From Desulfatiglandales bacterium (GTDB lineage Bacteria > Desulfobacterota > DSM-4660 > Desulfatiglandales > Desulfatiglandaceae): a stretch of 64,000 nucleotides of DNA. Position numbers and translations under genes: made by a program. Each line of letters opens with the position of its first letter. Within the stretch, counting starts at the first letter, position 1. Below, one piece after another: positions 41,312 through 52,293 of the stretch. The stretch lies in the NCBI GenBank assembly GCA_963666345.1, contig OY762721.1, forward strand, positions 1,440,001 through 1,504,000. The letters run 5' to 3'. The notes beneath the pieces are model-generated. The model made no database searches, was not told the origin of the DNA, and was given only the letters and a program-made list of their open reading frames with translations.

Positions 41312-42565
41312 ATGAACTATGATACGGCACTTAGACCCTATACCTCAAAGCGAATAGAGGAGATAGAATCGGCCGATATCCTGATTGGAATCCCCTGTTT
41401 CAACAATGAAAAAACGGTTTCCCATGTTATACAGATGGTAACTCACGGGCTTCACAAACATTACAGGGACATGAGGTCCGTCATATTTGTAGCCGACGGC
41501 GGCAGCACGGACGATACAAGGGATGTTGCCAGGGAATTCGAGATCAAGCCATGGCAGGAAAAGATAGTTTCCATCTACAGGGGACAGGGAGGGAAGGGAA
41601 CCGCCTTGAGGTCACTTTTCGAGGCGGCGGCGCGCCTTAAGGTCAAGGTATGCGCAATGGTTGATTCCGATCTGAGAAGTATCACTCCCGATTGGGTAAA
41701 ATACCTCCTTGATCCGGTAACAAAAAATGGATACCAGTTCGTGGCGCCCGTGTATGTCCGTCATAAATATGACGGCACCATTACCAACAATATAGTCTAC
41801 AACCTGACCAGGGCGCTGTATGGTTTGCGGGTGCGCCAGCCTATCGGAGGAGATTTTGCCATTTCAAGGGATGTGGCAAAATTTTACACGGAACAGGATG
41901 TATGGGGATCGGATGTGGCCCGTTTCGGTATAGACATCTGGATGACCGTAAACGCAATAACCCGGAATTTCAAGATATGCCAGTCCAATCTGGGAGTAAA
42001 GATTCATGATGTAAAGGATCCGGGCCAGCATCTGGGCCCCATGTTTCGCCAGGTTCTCTGGACCTTTTTTTATCTGATGGAAAGGCATGAAACTTTCTGG
42101 AAAGGGGTAAAGGGAAGCAGGCCCCTTGAAATGTTCGGCTTTGAAGGGACTATCGAGCCTGAGCCGGTAAACGTCGATCTGAAAGGGCTTGTAGATCTCT
42201 TCAAGACGGGCTTTCAGCAGTTCTCACCCCTTTGGAGGGATATATTCCCCGGGTCCTGCTTCAATGAGATCAGCAGATGCATAAAAATGGATGAAAGGAC
42301 CTTCCACATGCCCACGGAGACATGGATTCAGATACTCTATGAGCTGGCTGCAACTTTTCATGCCTGGCAGGCAAACAGGACCAAGCTTCTGGATCTGGTG
42401 ACCCCCCTTTACTATGCAAGGGTGGCATCATTTGTGAGGCAGAGCCTCGATATGTCCTCGCTGGAGGCGGAGTCCCTCGTTGAGGAACAGGCAGCCAAAT
42501 TCGAAGAAAACAAGGATTACATAGTAAAAGTATGGGACAGAAAAAAAGAAGAGTTGTCCCGTTAA
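41312..42565 (+). CDS. GT-A glycosyltransferase, glucosylglycerate/mannosylglycerate synthase-like
   Basis: IGIPCFNNE, DGGSTD, GKGTA, VDSD, RHKYDGTIT, RQPIGGDF, FGIDIWMT. Confidence 0.75.
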   Translation: MNYDTALRPYTSKRIEEIESADILIGIPCFNNEKTVSHVIQMVTHGLHKHYRDMRSVIFVADGGSTDDTRDVAREFEIKPWQEKIVSIYRGQGGKGTALRSLFEAAARLKVKVCAMVDSDLRSITPDWVKYLLDPVTKNGYQFVAPVYVRHKYDGTITNNIVYNLTRALYGLRVRQPIGGDFAISRDVAKFYTEQDVWGSDVARFGIDIWMTVNAITRNFKICQSNLGVKIHDVKDPGQHLGPMFRQVLWTFFYLMERHETFWKGVKGSRPLEMFGFEGTIEPEPVNVDLKGLVDLFKTGFQQFSPLWRDIFPGSCFNEISRCIKMDERTFHMPTETWIQILYELAATFHAWQANRTKLLDLVTPLYYARVASFVRQSLDMSSLEAESLVEEQAAKFEENKDYIVKVWDRKKEELSR

Positions 42566-42599
42566 ACGCCCTTTAGGAGCGAAAGCACATAATATCCAT

Positions 42600-45047
42600 A
42601 TGGAAAAATTTATCTGCATACATGGCCATTTCTACCAGCCCCCCCGTGAAAACGCCTGGCTTGAGGCAATAGGATTCCAGGAATCGGCCGCGCCCTATCA
42701 TGACTGGAACGAAAGGGTGAACGCCGAGTCTTATGCCCCGAACGCCCTGTCAAGGATACTGGATGAAAAGGGCCGCATCATCCAAATGGTGAACAATTAT
42801 TCGCAGATAAGCTTCAATTTCGGCCCGACTCTTCTCGCATGGATGGAGAAAAAATCGCCCGAGATATATGAACAGATCCTAAAAGCCGACAGAGAAAGTC
42901 TGGAGAGGTTTTCCGGACACGGTTCTGCAATTGCCCAGGTCTACAACCATCTCATAATGCCGCTTGCAAATAACAGGGATAAAAGGACTCAGGTAATATG
43001 GGGTCTGGAAGACTTCCGTCATCGTTTCAAGAGAATGCCGGAAGGCATGTGGCTTTCCGAGACCGCCGTGGACATGGAAACACTAAATATTCTTTCCGAG
43101 CAGGGCATCCTTTTTACCATACTGTCCCCTCACCAGGCAAAAAGGTTCCGTCCCATAGGCGGAAGTGATTGGATTGATGCGGCAGGTGGCAGGATTGATT
43201 CCACAATGCCCTACAGGGTAAATCTCCCGTCAGGCCGTTTTATTACGGTCTTTTTCTACAACGGTCTCATCTCGAGGGCAGTTGCCTTCGAGGGGCTGCT
43301 GAAGAGCGGAGATACCTTTGCAGGGCGTCTCATGGAAGGTTTCAGCGATGTTCCGGAAAGAGATCAGCTGGTCCATATAGCAACAGACGGCGAAAGCTAC
43401 GGACACCATCATAGATTCGGAGAAATGGCTCTTTCCTACGCCCTCAGCCATATCCGGTCAAACGGACTTGCAAGAATCACCGTCTACGGCGAATATCTTG
43501 AATTCCACCCCCCGACCCACGAGGTTGACATAATCGAGAACACTTCATGGAGCTGCTCCCATGGCATTGAGAGGTGGCGAAGCGATTGCGGCTGCAGCAC
43601 GGGCACTCACCCAGGCTGGAATCAGGCCTGGCGAGACCCCCTGCGAGGCGCCCTGGACAGGTTGAGAGACTCGGTTTCCCTCCTCTACGAAGAAAAGGCC
43701 GGAACACTCCTGACGGACCCCTGGGCTGCCCGGGACGGATATATAGGGGTTATCCTTGAGAGGACGGGTGAAAAGACAGACTCATTCCTTTCCCAAAATT
43801 CCAAAAGAGCCCTCAACGAGGAGGAGCGGCTGTTTGTGCTTAAGGTACTTGAACTCCAGCGTTTTTCCATGTTCATGTATACCAGTTGCGGATGGTTTTT
43901 TGACGATATCGCGGGTATAGAAACGATCCAGATACTTCAATATGCAGGCAGGGTTATAGAAATCACAAGGGATACAACCGGGGTTGATCTTGAAAAGGAC
44001 TTCATGAAGGCCATCACCCCGGCCCTGAGCAATCTTAAAGGAATGGGGAACGGCAGGTCGGTCTATGAAAATGCCCTCGGAAATGCCAACTATAACCTCC
44101 AACGGATCTGCGCCCATTATGCCACAGGGACACTTTTTAATGGTTTTACGGAAAGGGCCCGAATCTACTGCTTCGACGTTACAGGGAGCAACCTGTTCAC
44201 ATCTGATGCGGGAGAGGAAAGGCTTGTGTCGGGAAAGGCGAGGCTCTCGATGGGAAGCGCCCGGGTAAGGTCTTCCCTGACCGGTGAAAATGGTGAATTC
44301 TTCTTTGCCGTCCTCCACCTTGGAGATCATAATCTCTCATGCGGGGTAAAAGAGAAAATAAAGGCCGGTCACGATGAGACATTTCGAATTGAACTTGAGA
44401 ACGCCTTTTACTCCGGCGATATCCCTTCCACGCTTCGATCTATCGACCGGTATTTTGAAGGAGGCCTTTATTCACTCAAAGACCTTTTTCAGGATGACCG
44501 GATGGAGATATTGAACCGGATTCTCTCATCCACCCTGGAAGATACCGAGGCCGTTTATAGAAGGCTTTATAAAAACTATTCGCCGCTTATTCATTTTCTC
44601 AGAGATGCGGGTCTCAAATCCCCCAGGGCACTTTCCACTACAGCTGAATTCGTACTGAACGCCGACCTTCTTGATGCCTTTGGAGAAAGGCCCTTTGACG
44701 GAAGGCGAACAACGGCCCTCCTCGAACAGGCAAAAAGAGGAGGAATTGAGCTAAACAGCGATCTTCTGGAATTTTCCATGAGAAAATGCCTTGAGGCGAT
44801 CTCCCTTGATATCTCATTGAATCCTGAAGACATTCAAGGTCTTGAAAAATTAAATGAGGCCCTCGATCTACTGCCTGAGCTGCCATTTTCCATAAACCTC
44901 TGGACGGTTCAGAACAGAATCTACCGGCTTTTGGAAACAACCTACGGTGAAAAAAGGAATAAAGAGGAAAATGGGAGTTCGGAGGTCTCCCGCTGGACAA
45001 CCCTTTTCAGAGAAATAGGCGAAAAACTTTCAATCTTCATACAATAG
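42600..45047 (+). CDS. GH57 / DUF3536 glycoside hydrolase
   Basis: HGHFYQPPRENAW, GMWLSETA, ATDGESYGHH, WSCSHG, MYTSCGWFFD. Confidence 0.9.
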   Translation: MEKFICIHGHFYQPPRENAWLEAIGFQESAAPYHDWNERVNAESYAPNALSRILDEKGRIIQMVNNYSQISFNFGPTLLAWMEKKSPEIYEQILKADRESLERFSGHGSAIAQVYNHLIMPLANNRDKRTQVIWGLEDFRHRFKRMPEGMWLSETAVDMETLNILSEQGILFTILSPHQAKRFRPIGGSDWIDAAGGRIDSTMPYRVNLPSGRFITVFFYNGLISRAVAFEGLLKSGDTFAGRLMEGFSDVPERDQLVHIATDGESYGHHHRFGEMALSYALSHIRSNGLARITVYGEYLEFHPPTHEVDIIENTSWSCSHGIERWRSDCGCSTGTHPGWNQAWRDPLRGALDRLRDSVSLLYEEKAGTLLTDPWAARDGYIGVILERTGEKTDSFLSQNSKRALNEEERLFVLKVLELQRFSMFMYTSCGWFFDDIAGIETIQILQYAGRVIEITRDTTGVDLEKDFMKAITPALSNLKGMGNGRSVYENALGNANYNLQRICAHYATGTLFNGFTERARIYCFDVTGSNLFTSDAGEERLVSGKARLSMGSARVRSSLTGENGEFFFAVLHLGDHNLSCGVKEKIKAGHDETFRIELENAFYSGDIPSTLRSIDRYFEGGLYSLKDLFQDDRMEILNRILSSTLEDTEAVYRRLYKNYSPLIHFLRDAGLKSPRALSTTAEFVLNADLLDAFGERPFDGRRTTALLEQAKRGGIELNSDLLEFSMRKCLEAISLDISLNPEDIQGLEKLNEALDLLPELPFSINLWTVQNRIYRLLETTYGEKRNKEENGSSEVSRWTTLFREIGEKLSIFIQ

Positions 45048-45085
45048 TAATTGTCCTGATAAACCGATTATTCCGGAGGGTCATC

Positions 45086-46150
45086 ATGTTGGGAATAAAG
45101 AAAAGTTCGCATAAGGCGGGGCTTCCCCCGGGGACACTCATTCATATAGGTGAAAGGAAGACGGAAAGAGCAACAATAAGCCGTATTATATACAGCGAGA
45201 AAGATTATGAAGAAAAAATCGATATCTCTATCGAAGAGGCGGTTGACAATACCGACCCGAACAGCATTACCTGGATAAATGTTGAGGGCATACATGACAC
45301 CGATATAATTTCAAGGCTGGGAGCGCACTTTAAACTGCATCCCCTTCTGCTTGAGGACATAGTCAACACGTCGCAGCGCCCGAAGCTTGAAGACTTCGAT
45401 GAGGAATACATCTTTTTTGTTTCAAAGATGCTGACCTATGAAGAGGATCAGGGAAGAATAAGTATCGAACAGCTGAGCATGGTAATTGGAAAGGATTTTG
45501 TCCTCTCCTTTCAGGAGGCACCCGGGGATGTATTCGACCAGCTGAGGGAAAGGATCAGAAGCTCAAAGGGCAAAATCAGGAAGATGGGCACGGACTACCT
45601 GGCCTACGCCATGATCGATGCCATAGTGGACAACTATTTCATTATTCTTGAAAAAAACGGTGAAAGGCTGGAAGACCTTCAGGAGGAAGTGCTCGGTGCG
45701 CCCACGCCTGAGATACTGAATTCCATACAGCAGATGAAAAGGGACATGATCCGGTTCAGAAGATCCGTATGGCCTCTCAGAGAGGCCATAAGCGCAATGG
45801 AAAGGGGCGAAAACGCCCTTATCACAAAGGGGGTGGAATTCTACCTGAGAGACCTCTACGATCATACCATACAGGTCTTGGAGACGGTGGAAACCTTCCG
45901 GGATATGATCTCGGGGATACTGGACCTCTATCTCTCAAGCATAAGCAACCGTATGAACCAGGTGATGAAGGTCCTTACCATAATCGCCACCATATTCATA
46001 CCCCTGACATTTATCGCCGGAATATACGGCATGAATTTTGAGGCCATGCCTGAACTCAAATGGAGATATGGTTATCTTGCAGTATGGGTGGTGATGATTT
46101 TTATCGGAATAGTCATGTTGATAGGTTTCAAAAAGAGAAAATGGCTTTAA
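45086..46150 (+). CDS. corA: Magnesium/cobalt transporter CorA
   Basis: GLPPG, QRPK, YGMNF..MPEL. Confidence 0.95.
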   Translation: MLGIKKSSHKAGLPPGTLIHIGERKTERATISRIIYSEKDYEEKIDISIEEAVDNTDPNSITWINVEGIHDTDIISRLGAHFKLHPLLLEDIVNTSQRPKLEDFDEEYIFFVSKMLTYEEDQGRISIEQLSMVIGKDFVLSFQEAPGDVFDQLRERIRSSKGKIRKMGTDYLAYAMIDAIVDNYFIILEKNGERLEDLQEEVLGAPTPEILNSIQQMKRDMIRFRRSVWPLREAISAMERGENALITKGVEFYLRDLYDHTIQVLETVETFRDMISGILDLYLSSISNRMNQVMKVLTIIATIFIPLTFIAGIYGMNFEAMPELKWRYGYLAVWVVMIFIGIVMLIGFKKRKWL

Positions 46151-46185
46151 CGTAATACGACAACATTTTCAGGAGCTTTGAAGGA

Positions 46186-47457
46186 ATGAAAAAGACGCTT
46201 GCCATGATAATGGCGGGGGGCAAGGGGGAACGCCTCATGCCTCTTACAAAAGACAGATCCAAGCCTGCAATACCATTTGGGGGGATCTATCTGCTTATAG
46301 ATCTTGCCCTTTCAAACTGCATCAACTCGGAAATCTATAAAATCATTGTGCTGCCCCAGTACAAGTCGCAGACCCTCATGCAGCACCTTGAGGCCGGGTG
46401 GCATATATTCAGCCCTGATCTCGGGCACTTCCTTAAGATAGCCCCTCCCCAGATGATGGCCGGTGAAAAATGGTATCAGGGAACAGCTGATTCCATTCGT
46501 CAGAACAATTACATGATTGAACAGATTGCCCCTGAAAACGTGCTTGTCCTTTCAGGTGACCATGTCTACAAAATGGATTTTTCCCTCTTCAAGGACTATC
46601 ATGAGGCGAACAAGGCGGATGTGACAATCGCCGTAATTGAGATGCCCAGGGAAACAGCATCTCAGTATGGGATAGTTGAGGTGGACGAAAAATATCAGAT
46701 CAAAGGCTTTCAGGAAAAACCTGAAAGGCCCAGCACCATACCTGGCGACGCCGGACAGATACTTGTCTCCATGGGCATCTACCTCTTTAAGACGGAAGTC
46801 CTGATGGACCTCCTTGAAAAAGACGATCGGGCCGATTTCGGCAAACATATCCTTCCTCATATCCTCAAGACTCATCGTGTCATGGCCTATCCATATAAAA
46901 GAGAAAACAAGATCAAGGAGATACTCCTTGAAATATCAGAGGATGGGGAGCTGAGGGAAAGAATAGGCATTACAAAGGACTCGTCTTACTGGCGGGATGT
47001 AGGCACGCTCGACTCCTACTGGAACGCCAATATGGATCTGACAGGTGTGGACCCGTTCTTCAACATGTACGGCAGATTCTGGCCTGTACGCACCTTTCAA
47101 AAGCAGTACCCGCCTGTCAAGACGGTCTTTGCCCAGCAGGATAAACCCGGCCAAAGGGCCGGCATGGCGCTTGACTCACTCGTAGCTCACGGATCCATAA
47201 TAAGCGGTGCCGTCCTGCGCAACAGTGTCCTCTCATACAACGTTTTTGTCAAAAGCTGGGCAAGAGTGGAAGAATCCGTGATATTGGAGGATGTGATTAT
47301 AGCCCGAAACGCCCGCATAAAGAAGGCAATCATTGCTCAAGGCGTTCACATCCCTCCTGATACGGAAATCGGCTTCAGCCCGGCAAAGGACAAAAAGAGA
47401 TTTACCGTCACTCCAAGGGGCATCACTGTTGTAACAAAGGACGATTTTCCCTCATAA
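46186..47457 (+). CDS. glgC: Glucose-1-phosphate adenylyltransferase
   Basis: AGGKGERL, KPAIPFGG, WYQGTAD, SGDHVYKM, YWRDVGT. Confidence 0.93.
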   Translation: MKKTLAMIMAGGKGERLMPLTKDRSKPAIPFGGIYLLIDLALSNCINSEIYKIIVLPQYKSQTLMQHLEAGWHIFSPDLGHFLKIAPPQMMAGEKWYQGTADSIRQNNYMIEQIAPENVLVLSGDHVYKMDFSLFKDYHEANKADVTIAVIEMPRETASQYGIVEVDEKYQIKGFQEKPERPSTIPGDAGQILVSMGIYLFKTEVLMDLLEKDDRADFGKHILPHILKTHRVMAYPYKRENKIKEILLEISEDGELRERIGITKDSSYWRDVGTLDSYWNANMDLTGVDPFFNMYGRFWPVRTFQKQYPPVKTVFAQQDKPGQRAGMALDSLVAHGSIISGAVLRNSVLSYNVFVKSWARVEESVILEDVIIARNARIKKAIIAQGVHIPPDTEIGFSPAKDKKRFTVTPRGITVVTKDDFPS

Positions 47458-47491
47458 CTGGATACCAACCATAAAATAACAGGAATTTACC

Positions 47492-50044
47492 ATGAAAGCA
47501 AAAGTCAGATACAGGGTGGTGCCTAATCTTCCTCCCGAACTCGAGCCGCTCAGGATACTTGCCTATAACGTCAGTTTCAGCTGGAAAAACGAAATAAGGG
47601 ATCTTTTCAGGAGAATCGATCCACGGCTCTGGAATGAATCACGAAGAAACCCCGTTCAGATGCTCGGGATGATGAAGCAGGAGCGGCTTGACGAACTTGC
47701 ATCGGACCAGGGATTTTTATCACAGTTGAACTGGGTCAAAGAAGACTTTGACCGTTATATTTCCCAGCCCCGTATAGAACATGGCGCATATTCGGATGAG
47801 GCACCTCTTAAAGTCGCCTATTTTTCGGCCGAGTTCGGGCTTACCGAATGCCTTCACATATACTCGGGTGGTCTCGGCGTCCTTTCGGGTGATCATTTAA
47901 AGTCATCCAGTGACCTTAACATACCTCTCGTAGCCGTTGGGTTGTTATACCAGGAAGGCTATTTCAGCCAGTATTTGAGTTCAGATGGATGGCAGATGGA
48001 AACCTATCCCGTGAATGACTTTGACAGCCTTCCGCTAAAACTTCTGAGAGATAAAGAGGGAAAGGCCCTTTCGATTTCCGTCGATTTCAAAGGAACCGCC
48101 GTACATGCCATTATCTGGCGAATCGACGTAGGCAGGGTACCCCTCTACATGCTCGATACCAATATAGAATCCAATCCGCCCGAATTCAGAGGCACCACAG
48201 GCCAACTCTACGGCGGAGACAGAGAGATGAGGCTGAGGCAGGAGATCGTTCTCGGAATAGGAGGAGTCAGGGCACTCAAGGCCCTTGGCATCGAACCGAC
48301 CGTTATCCACATGAACGAGGGACATTCCGCCTTTTCCGCGCTTGAAAGGATAAGCATGCTGAGAAAAGAAAAAGGGCTTTCCTTTGACGAGGCCAGAGAA
48401 GTCGTCATGGCCAGCACCGCGTTTACCACCCACACACCGGTACCTGCCGGAAACGATGTCTTCGACCCCGATCTCGTAAGAAGCTATTTTGAAAATTATT
48501 CAAAGGAACTTGGTATAAATTTCAAGGTATTTCTCGGCTACGGCAGGCTGAACCCCAGGGACGAGTCGGAGCCTTTCGGCATGACCACCCTTGCGCTCAG
48601 GCTTTCATCGCATACAAACGCCGTGAGCAGACTTCATGGAAAGGTATCACGCAACATGTGGCAGGGGGTCTGGCACCAGCACCCTGTTGAAGACATACCC
48701 ATTGATCATATAACCAACGGCGTTCATGTGCCCACGTGGATCTCCAATGACATGACCGTTCTCCTTAACCGCTATCTGGGGCTTAACTGGGCGGAAGATC
48801 CTGACAATGAAAGGCTGTGGGAACAGGTGGAACAGATTCCGAATACTGAACTATGGCGTACCCATGAAAGGTGCAGGGAGTATCTCGTAGGATTCGCAAG
48901 GCGCCGGCTCGCCGAACAGCTCAAACGGCGCGGGGCATCGACCGGGGAAATTCAGTCTGCAACCGAAGTCCTTAACCCGGACGCACTGACCATAGGGTTT
49001 GCACGCAGATTCGCCACCTACAAAAGGGCTACTCTGCTTCTCAGCAACCCGGACCGGCTTGACAGGATACTCAACAATCCCGACAGACCTGTTCAGATTA
49101 TATTCGCGGGAAAGGCCCACCCGCAGGATAATGAAGGCAAGGTATTCATAAAACAGATAATTCATCTTGCCCGGGAGGAACGCTTTCGTAAAAATATCGT
49201 CTTTATAGAAGACTACAACTTGGATATCGGGAAACGGCTCGTATCGGGCAGCGATATCTGGCTCAACACACCCAGGAGGCCTCTGGAGGCCTGTGGAACA
49301 AGCGGCATGAAGGCCCTTGCCAACGGATCTTTGAACTTAAGTGTACTTGACGGATGGTGGGATGAGGCCTTTGCCAGTGAATACGGCTGGGCCCTGGGGC
49401 ACGGAGAGGTCTATCAGAATCAAAAAATTCAGGATGAGATCGAAAGCAGGGACCTTTACACCCTGCTCGAAAACGAGGTAGTCCCGCTTTTCTATCAAAG
49501 AGGAAGCGACAGGATTCCGAGACTATGGATCGATAAAATGAAGGCCGGTCTTCGTGGTCTCGTTCCGATCTTTAATTCCCATCGTATGGTTCAGGAATAT
49601 ACCTCGCGATTTTACGGCCCATGCTCTAAACGTTACGAAAACCTCTGCGGAAAAGACTTCGAGGGCGCGAAACGCCTCGCTAAGTGGCGAAGCAGACTGA
49701 TGACTTCCTGGAACGAACTGTCGGTCGATAAAATCAGTGTAATCGAGGGTCGTGAACTAAAAGTCGGGCAGAAAATAGCCATAGAATCACGCATAAGACT
49801 GGGGAGCCTTACTCCTGATGATGTAACCGTTGAGGCATATTTCGGGAGGCTGGATGAAAATCATGAATTCGCCGAAAGGGAAACCTCACCTCTCTGGTTC
49901 GTGTCCGTAGAAAACGGCGTTTCCATATTCAGCGGACTTGTCCCCTGCGATAAAACAGGTCGATTCGGCTATACCGTCAGGGTTACCCCCAGCAGAGAAT
50001 GGCTGGAGGGCCGCTTTGGTATGGGGCTGGTTGTCTGGGCATAA
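47492..50044 (+). CDS. glgP: Alpha-glucan (glycogen) phosphorylase
   Basis: YSGGLG, HMNEGH, FARRFATYKR, EACGTSGMK. Confidence 0.95.
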   Translation: MKAKVRYRVVPNLPPELEPLRILAYNVSFSWKNEIRDLFRRIDPRLWNESRRNPVQMLGMMKQERLDELASDQGFLSQLNWVKEDFDRYISQPRIEHGAYSDEAPLKVAYFSAEFGLTECLHIYSGGLGVLSGDHLKSSSDLNIPLVAVGLLYQEGYFSQYLSSDGWQMETYPVNDFDSLPLKLLRDKEGKALSISVDFKGTAVHAIIWRIDVGRVPLYMLDTNIESNPPEFRGTTGQLYGGDREMRLRQEIVLGIGGVRALKALGIEPTVIHMNEGHSAFSALERISMLRKEKGLSFDEAREVVMASTAFTTHTPVPAGNDVFDPDLVRSYFENYSKELGINFKVFLGYGRLNPRDESEPFGMTTLALRLSSHTNAVSRLHGKVSRNMWQGVWHQHPVEDIPIDHITNGVHVPTWISNDMTVLLNRYLGLNWAEDPDNERLWEQVEQIPNTELWRTHERCREYLVGFARRRLAEQLKRRGASTGEIQSATEVLNPDALTIGFARRFATYKRATLLLSNPDRLDRILNNPDRPVQIIFAGKAHPQDNEGKVFIKQIIHLAREERFRKNIVFIEDYNLDIGKRLVSGSDIWLNTPRRPLEACGTSGMKALANGSLNLSVLDGWWDEAFASEYGWALGHGEVYQNQKIQDEIESRDLYTLLENEVVPLFYQRGSDRIPRLWIDKMKAGLRGLVPIFNSHRMVQEYTSRFYGPCSKRYENLCGKDFEGAKRLAKWRSRLMTSWNELSVDKISVIEGRELKVGQKIAIESRIRLGSLTPDDVTVEAYFGRLDENHEFAERETSPLWFVSVENGVSIFSGLVPCDKTGRFGYTVRVTPSREWLEGRFGMGLVVWA

Positions 50045-50054
50045 GGGGCTTTAA

Positions 50055-52271
50055 ATGAAAACTGTTCCAACATTAAACAAGGAAGAAATCTCCCGGCTGG
50101 TCTCAGGAGAACTCGACCCCTTTAAATTCCTGGGTGCACATCATCTGGAAAAGTCCAATTCCCTTGTTGCTGTAAGGGCATTTATTCCCGGGGCAAGGAG
50201 CGTCAACATACTCGATCTTACCCCTGTGGATGAACTGCCGGCATCTCTTATAGACAAGGCAGGCCTTTTTGAGGCCCTTATACCGGATCACACGGAACTG
50301 CGGCCATACCGTCTCAAGGTCGACTTCGGGGCAGGCGGATTTTCCACCTTTTACGACTGTTACTCCTTCCTCCCGGTCATACCTGAACAGGACCTTTATC
50401 TGTTCGGCCAAGGTAACTGCTTAAGGATTTACGACCGTTTGGGTGCCCATCCCATAATGCATCAGGGCGTCAAAGGAGTGCTTTTTTCCCTCTGGGCGCC
50501 TTCGGCAAAAAGGGTGAGCCTGATAGGTGACTTTAACCAGTGGGACGGTCGCAGGCACCGGATGAGAATCAGGGGACAATCCGGAATATGGGAATTGTTC
50601 GTGCCTCATCTCAAGCCCGGCTTGATTTATAAATACGAGATACTGACTCCCGGTAAAGAAATCCTTTTCAAGGCGGATCCCTTTGCCTTCGGATTCGAAC
50701 AAAGGCCTAAAACGGCATCAGTTGTGGAGGATCTAGAGGGATTCAAATGGACGGACGAGAAATGGATGGAAGGCAGATCAAAAAAAGATCACCTGGCCTC
50801 ACCGATGTCGGTATATGAGGTTCATCTCGGGTCATGGCGGAGAAAAGAGCAGGAGGGTGACAGGTGGCTCACCTACGGAGAGGATGCTGATGAATTGATC
50901 CCATATGTAAAGGATATGGGTTTCAACTATATCGAACTCCTCCCGATAGCCGAACATCCATTTGACGGCTCGTGGGGGTACCAGGTGACCGGATATTATG
51001 CCGCCACCTCCCGCTTCGGCGCGCCTGAAGATTTGATGGCATTCATCGACCGATGCCATAACGAAGAAATAGGAGTGATTCTGGACTGGGTGCCTGCACA
51101 TTTCCCCAGGGACCCTCACGGCCTCGAGTATTTTGACGGGACACACCTGTTTGAGCACTCTGATCCCCGTCAGGGAGCGCACAGGGACTGGGACACCCTC
51201 ATATTCAATTACGGGAGAAACGAAGTTCGAAACTTTCTGGTGGCAAACGCCCTTTTCTGGCTTGAAAAATATCACATAGATGGATTGAGGGTAGACGCGG
51301 TTGCCTCCATGCTCTATCTCGACTACAGCAGGGAGAAGGGAGACTGGGTTCCCAACCGGTACGGGGGCAGGGAAAATCTGGAGGCGATAGAGTTTTTGAA
51401 GAATTTGAATACCAGGATTTTCGAGCAATTTCCCGGTGCCATAACAATAGCCGAGGAGTCCACCGCGTGGCCGGCGGTAACCGCTCCGGTGCATCTGGGC
51501 GGACTCGGGTTTCTGTTCAAATGGAATATGGGCTGGATGCACGACATGCTCTCATTCATGAGGCAGGACCCTGTCCACCGTCGTTATCAGATGGACAAAC
51601 TGACATTTTCACTTCTTTATGCCTTCAGCGAAAATTTCATGCTCCCCCTTTCACACGATGAGGTAGTCCACGGCAAGGCCTCACTTCTTTCCAAGATGCC
51701 GGGGGACGAATGGCAAAAATTTGCAAACCTCCGTCTTCTTCTGGGCTATATGTACGGCGAGCCCGGGAAGAAAACACTGTTCATGGGAGCCGAGATCGGC
51801 CAGTGGTCCGAATGGAACCATGACGCACAGATCGAGTGGGGTCTTCTCCAGTTCGAGCCACACAGGGCAGTCAAAAAGTATGTGGGAGATCTGAACAGGT
51901 GCTACATGAGTGAACCGGCCTTGTTTGAAAAGGATTTCGACGCGGGAGGGTTCGAGTGGATTGATTTCAGAGATACCGATTCAACGGTGGTCTCATTTAT
52001 CAGAAAAGGCGACAGAGAGGATGATTTTCTGGCTTTTGTCTTTAACTTCACCCCTGTCCCAAGAGAAAATTACGTTATCGGGGTGCCCGAGATGGCCTTT
52101 TACAGGGAAATCATGAACTCCGACGCTACTTGTTACGGCGGTTCAGGGAGCGGGAACTGGGGAGGAATCATGGCGGATAAGATCCCTTCACACGGCAGGC
52201 AATATTCTATTTCCTTGACCCTACCTCCCCTGGGGATGCTGATACTCAAACCTGTTTCCGCGCAAGGATAA
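50055..52271 (+). CDS. glgB: 1,4-alpha-glucan branching enzyme
   Basis: WGYQ, DWVPAHF, DGLRVDAVASM, AEEST, LSHDEVVHGK. Confidence 0.96.
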   Translation: MKTVPTLNKEEISRLVSGELDPFKFLGAHHLEKSNSLVAVRAFIPGARSVNILDLTPVDELPASLIDKAGLFEALIPDHTELRPYRLKVDFGAGGFSTFYDCYSFLPVIPEQDLYLFGQGNCLRIYDRLGAHPIMHQGVKGVLFSLWAPSAKRVSLIGDFNQWDGRRHRMRIRGQSGIWELFVPHLKPGLIYKYEILTPGKEILFKADPFAFGFEQRPKTASVVEDLEGFKWTDEKWMEGRSKKDHLASPMSVYEVHLGSWRRKEQEGDRWLTYGEDADELIPYVKDMGFNYIELLPIAEHPFDGSWGYQVTGYYAATSRFGAPEDLMAFIDRCHNEEIGVILDWVPAHFPRDPHGLEYFDGTHLFEHSDPRQGAHRDWDTLIFNYGRNEVRNFLVANALFWLEKYHIDGLRVDAVASMLYLDYSREKGDWVPNRYGGRENLEAIEFLKNLNTRIFEQFPGAITIAEESTAWPAVTAPVHLGGLGFLFKWNMGWMHDMLSFMRQDPVHRRYQMDKLTFSLLYAFSENFMLPLSHDEVVHGKASLLSKMPGDEWQKFANLRLLLGYMYGEPGKKTLFMGAEIGQWSEWNHDAQIEWGLLQFEPHRAVKKYVGDLNRCYMSEPALFEKDFDAGGFEWIDFRDTDSTVVSFIRKGDREDDFLAFVFNFTPVPRENYVIGVPEMAFYREIMNSDATCYGGSGSGNWGGIMADKIPSHGRQYSISLTLPPLGMLILKPVSAQG

Positions 52272-52293
52272 AAGGGCGCCTTCCTTTACAGCC

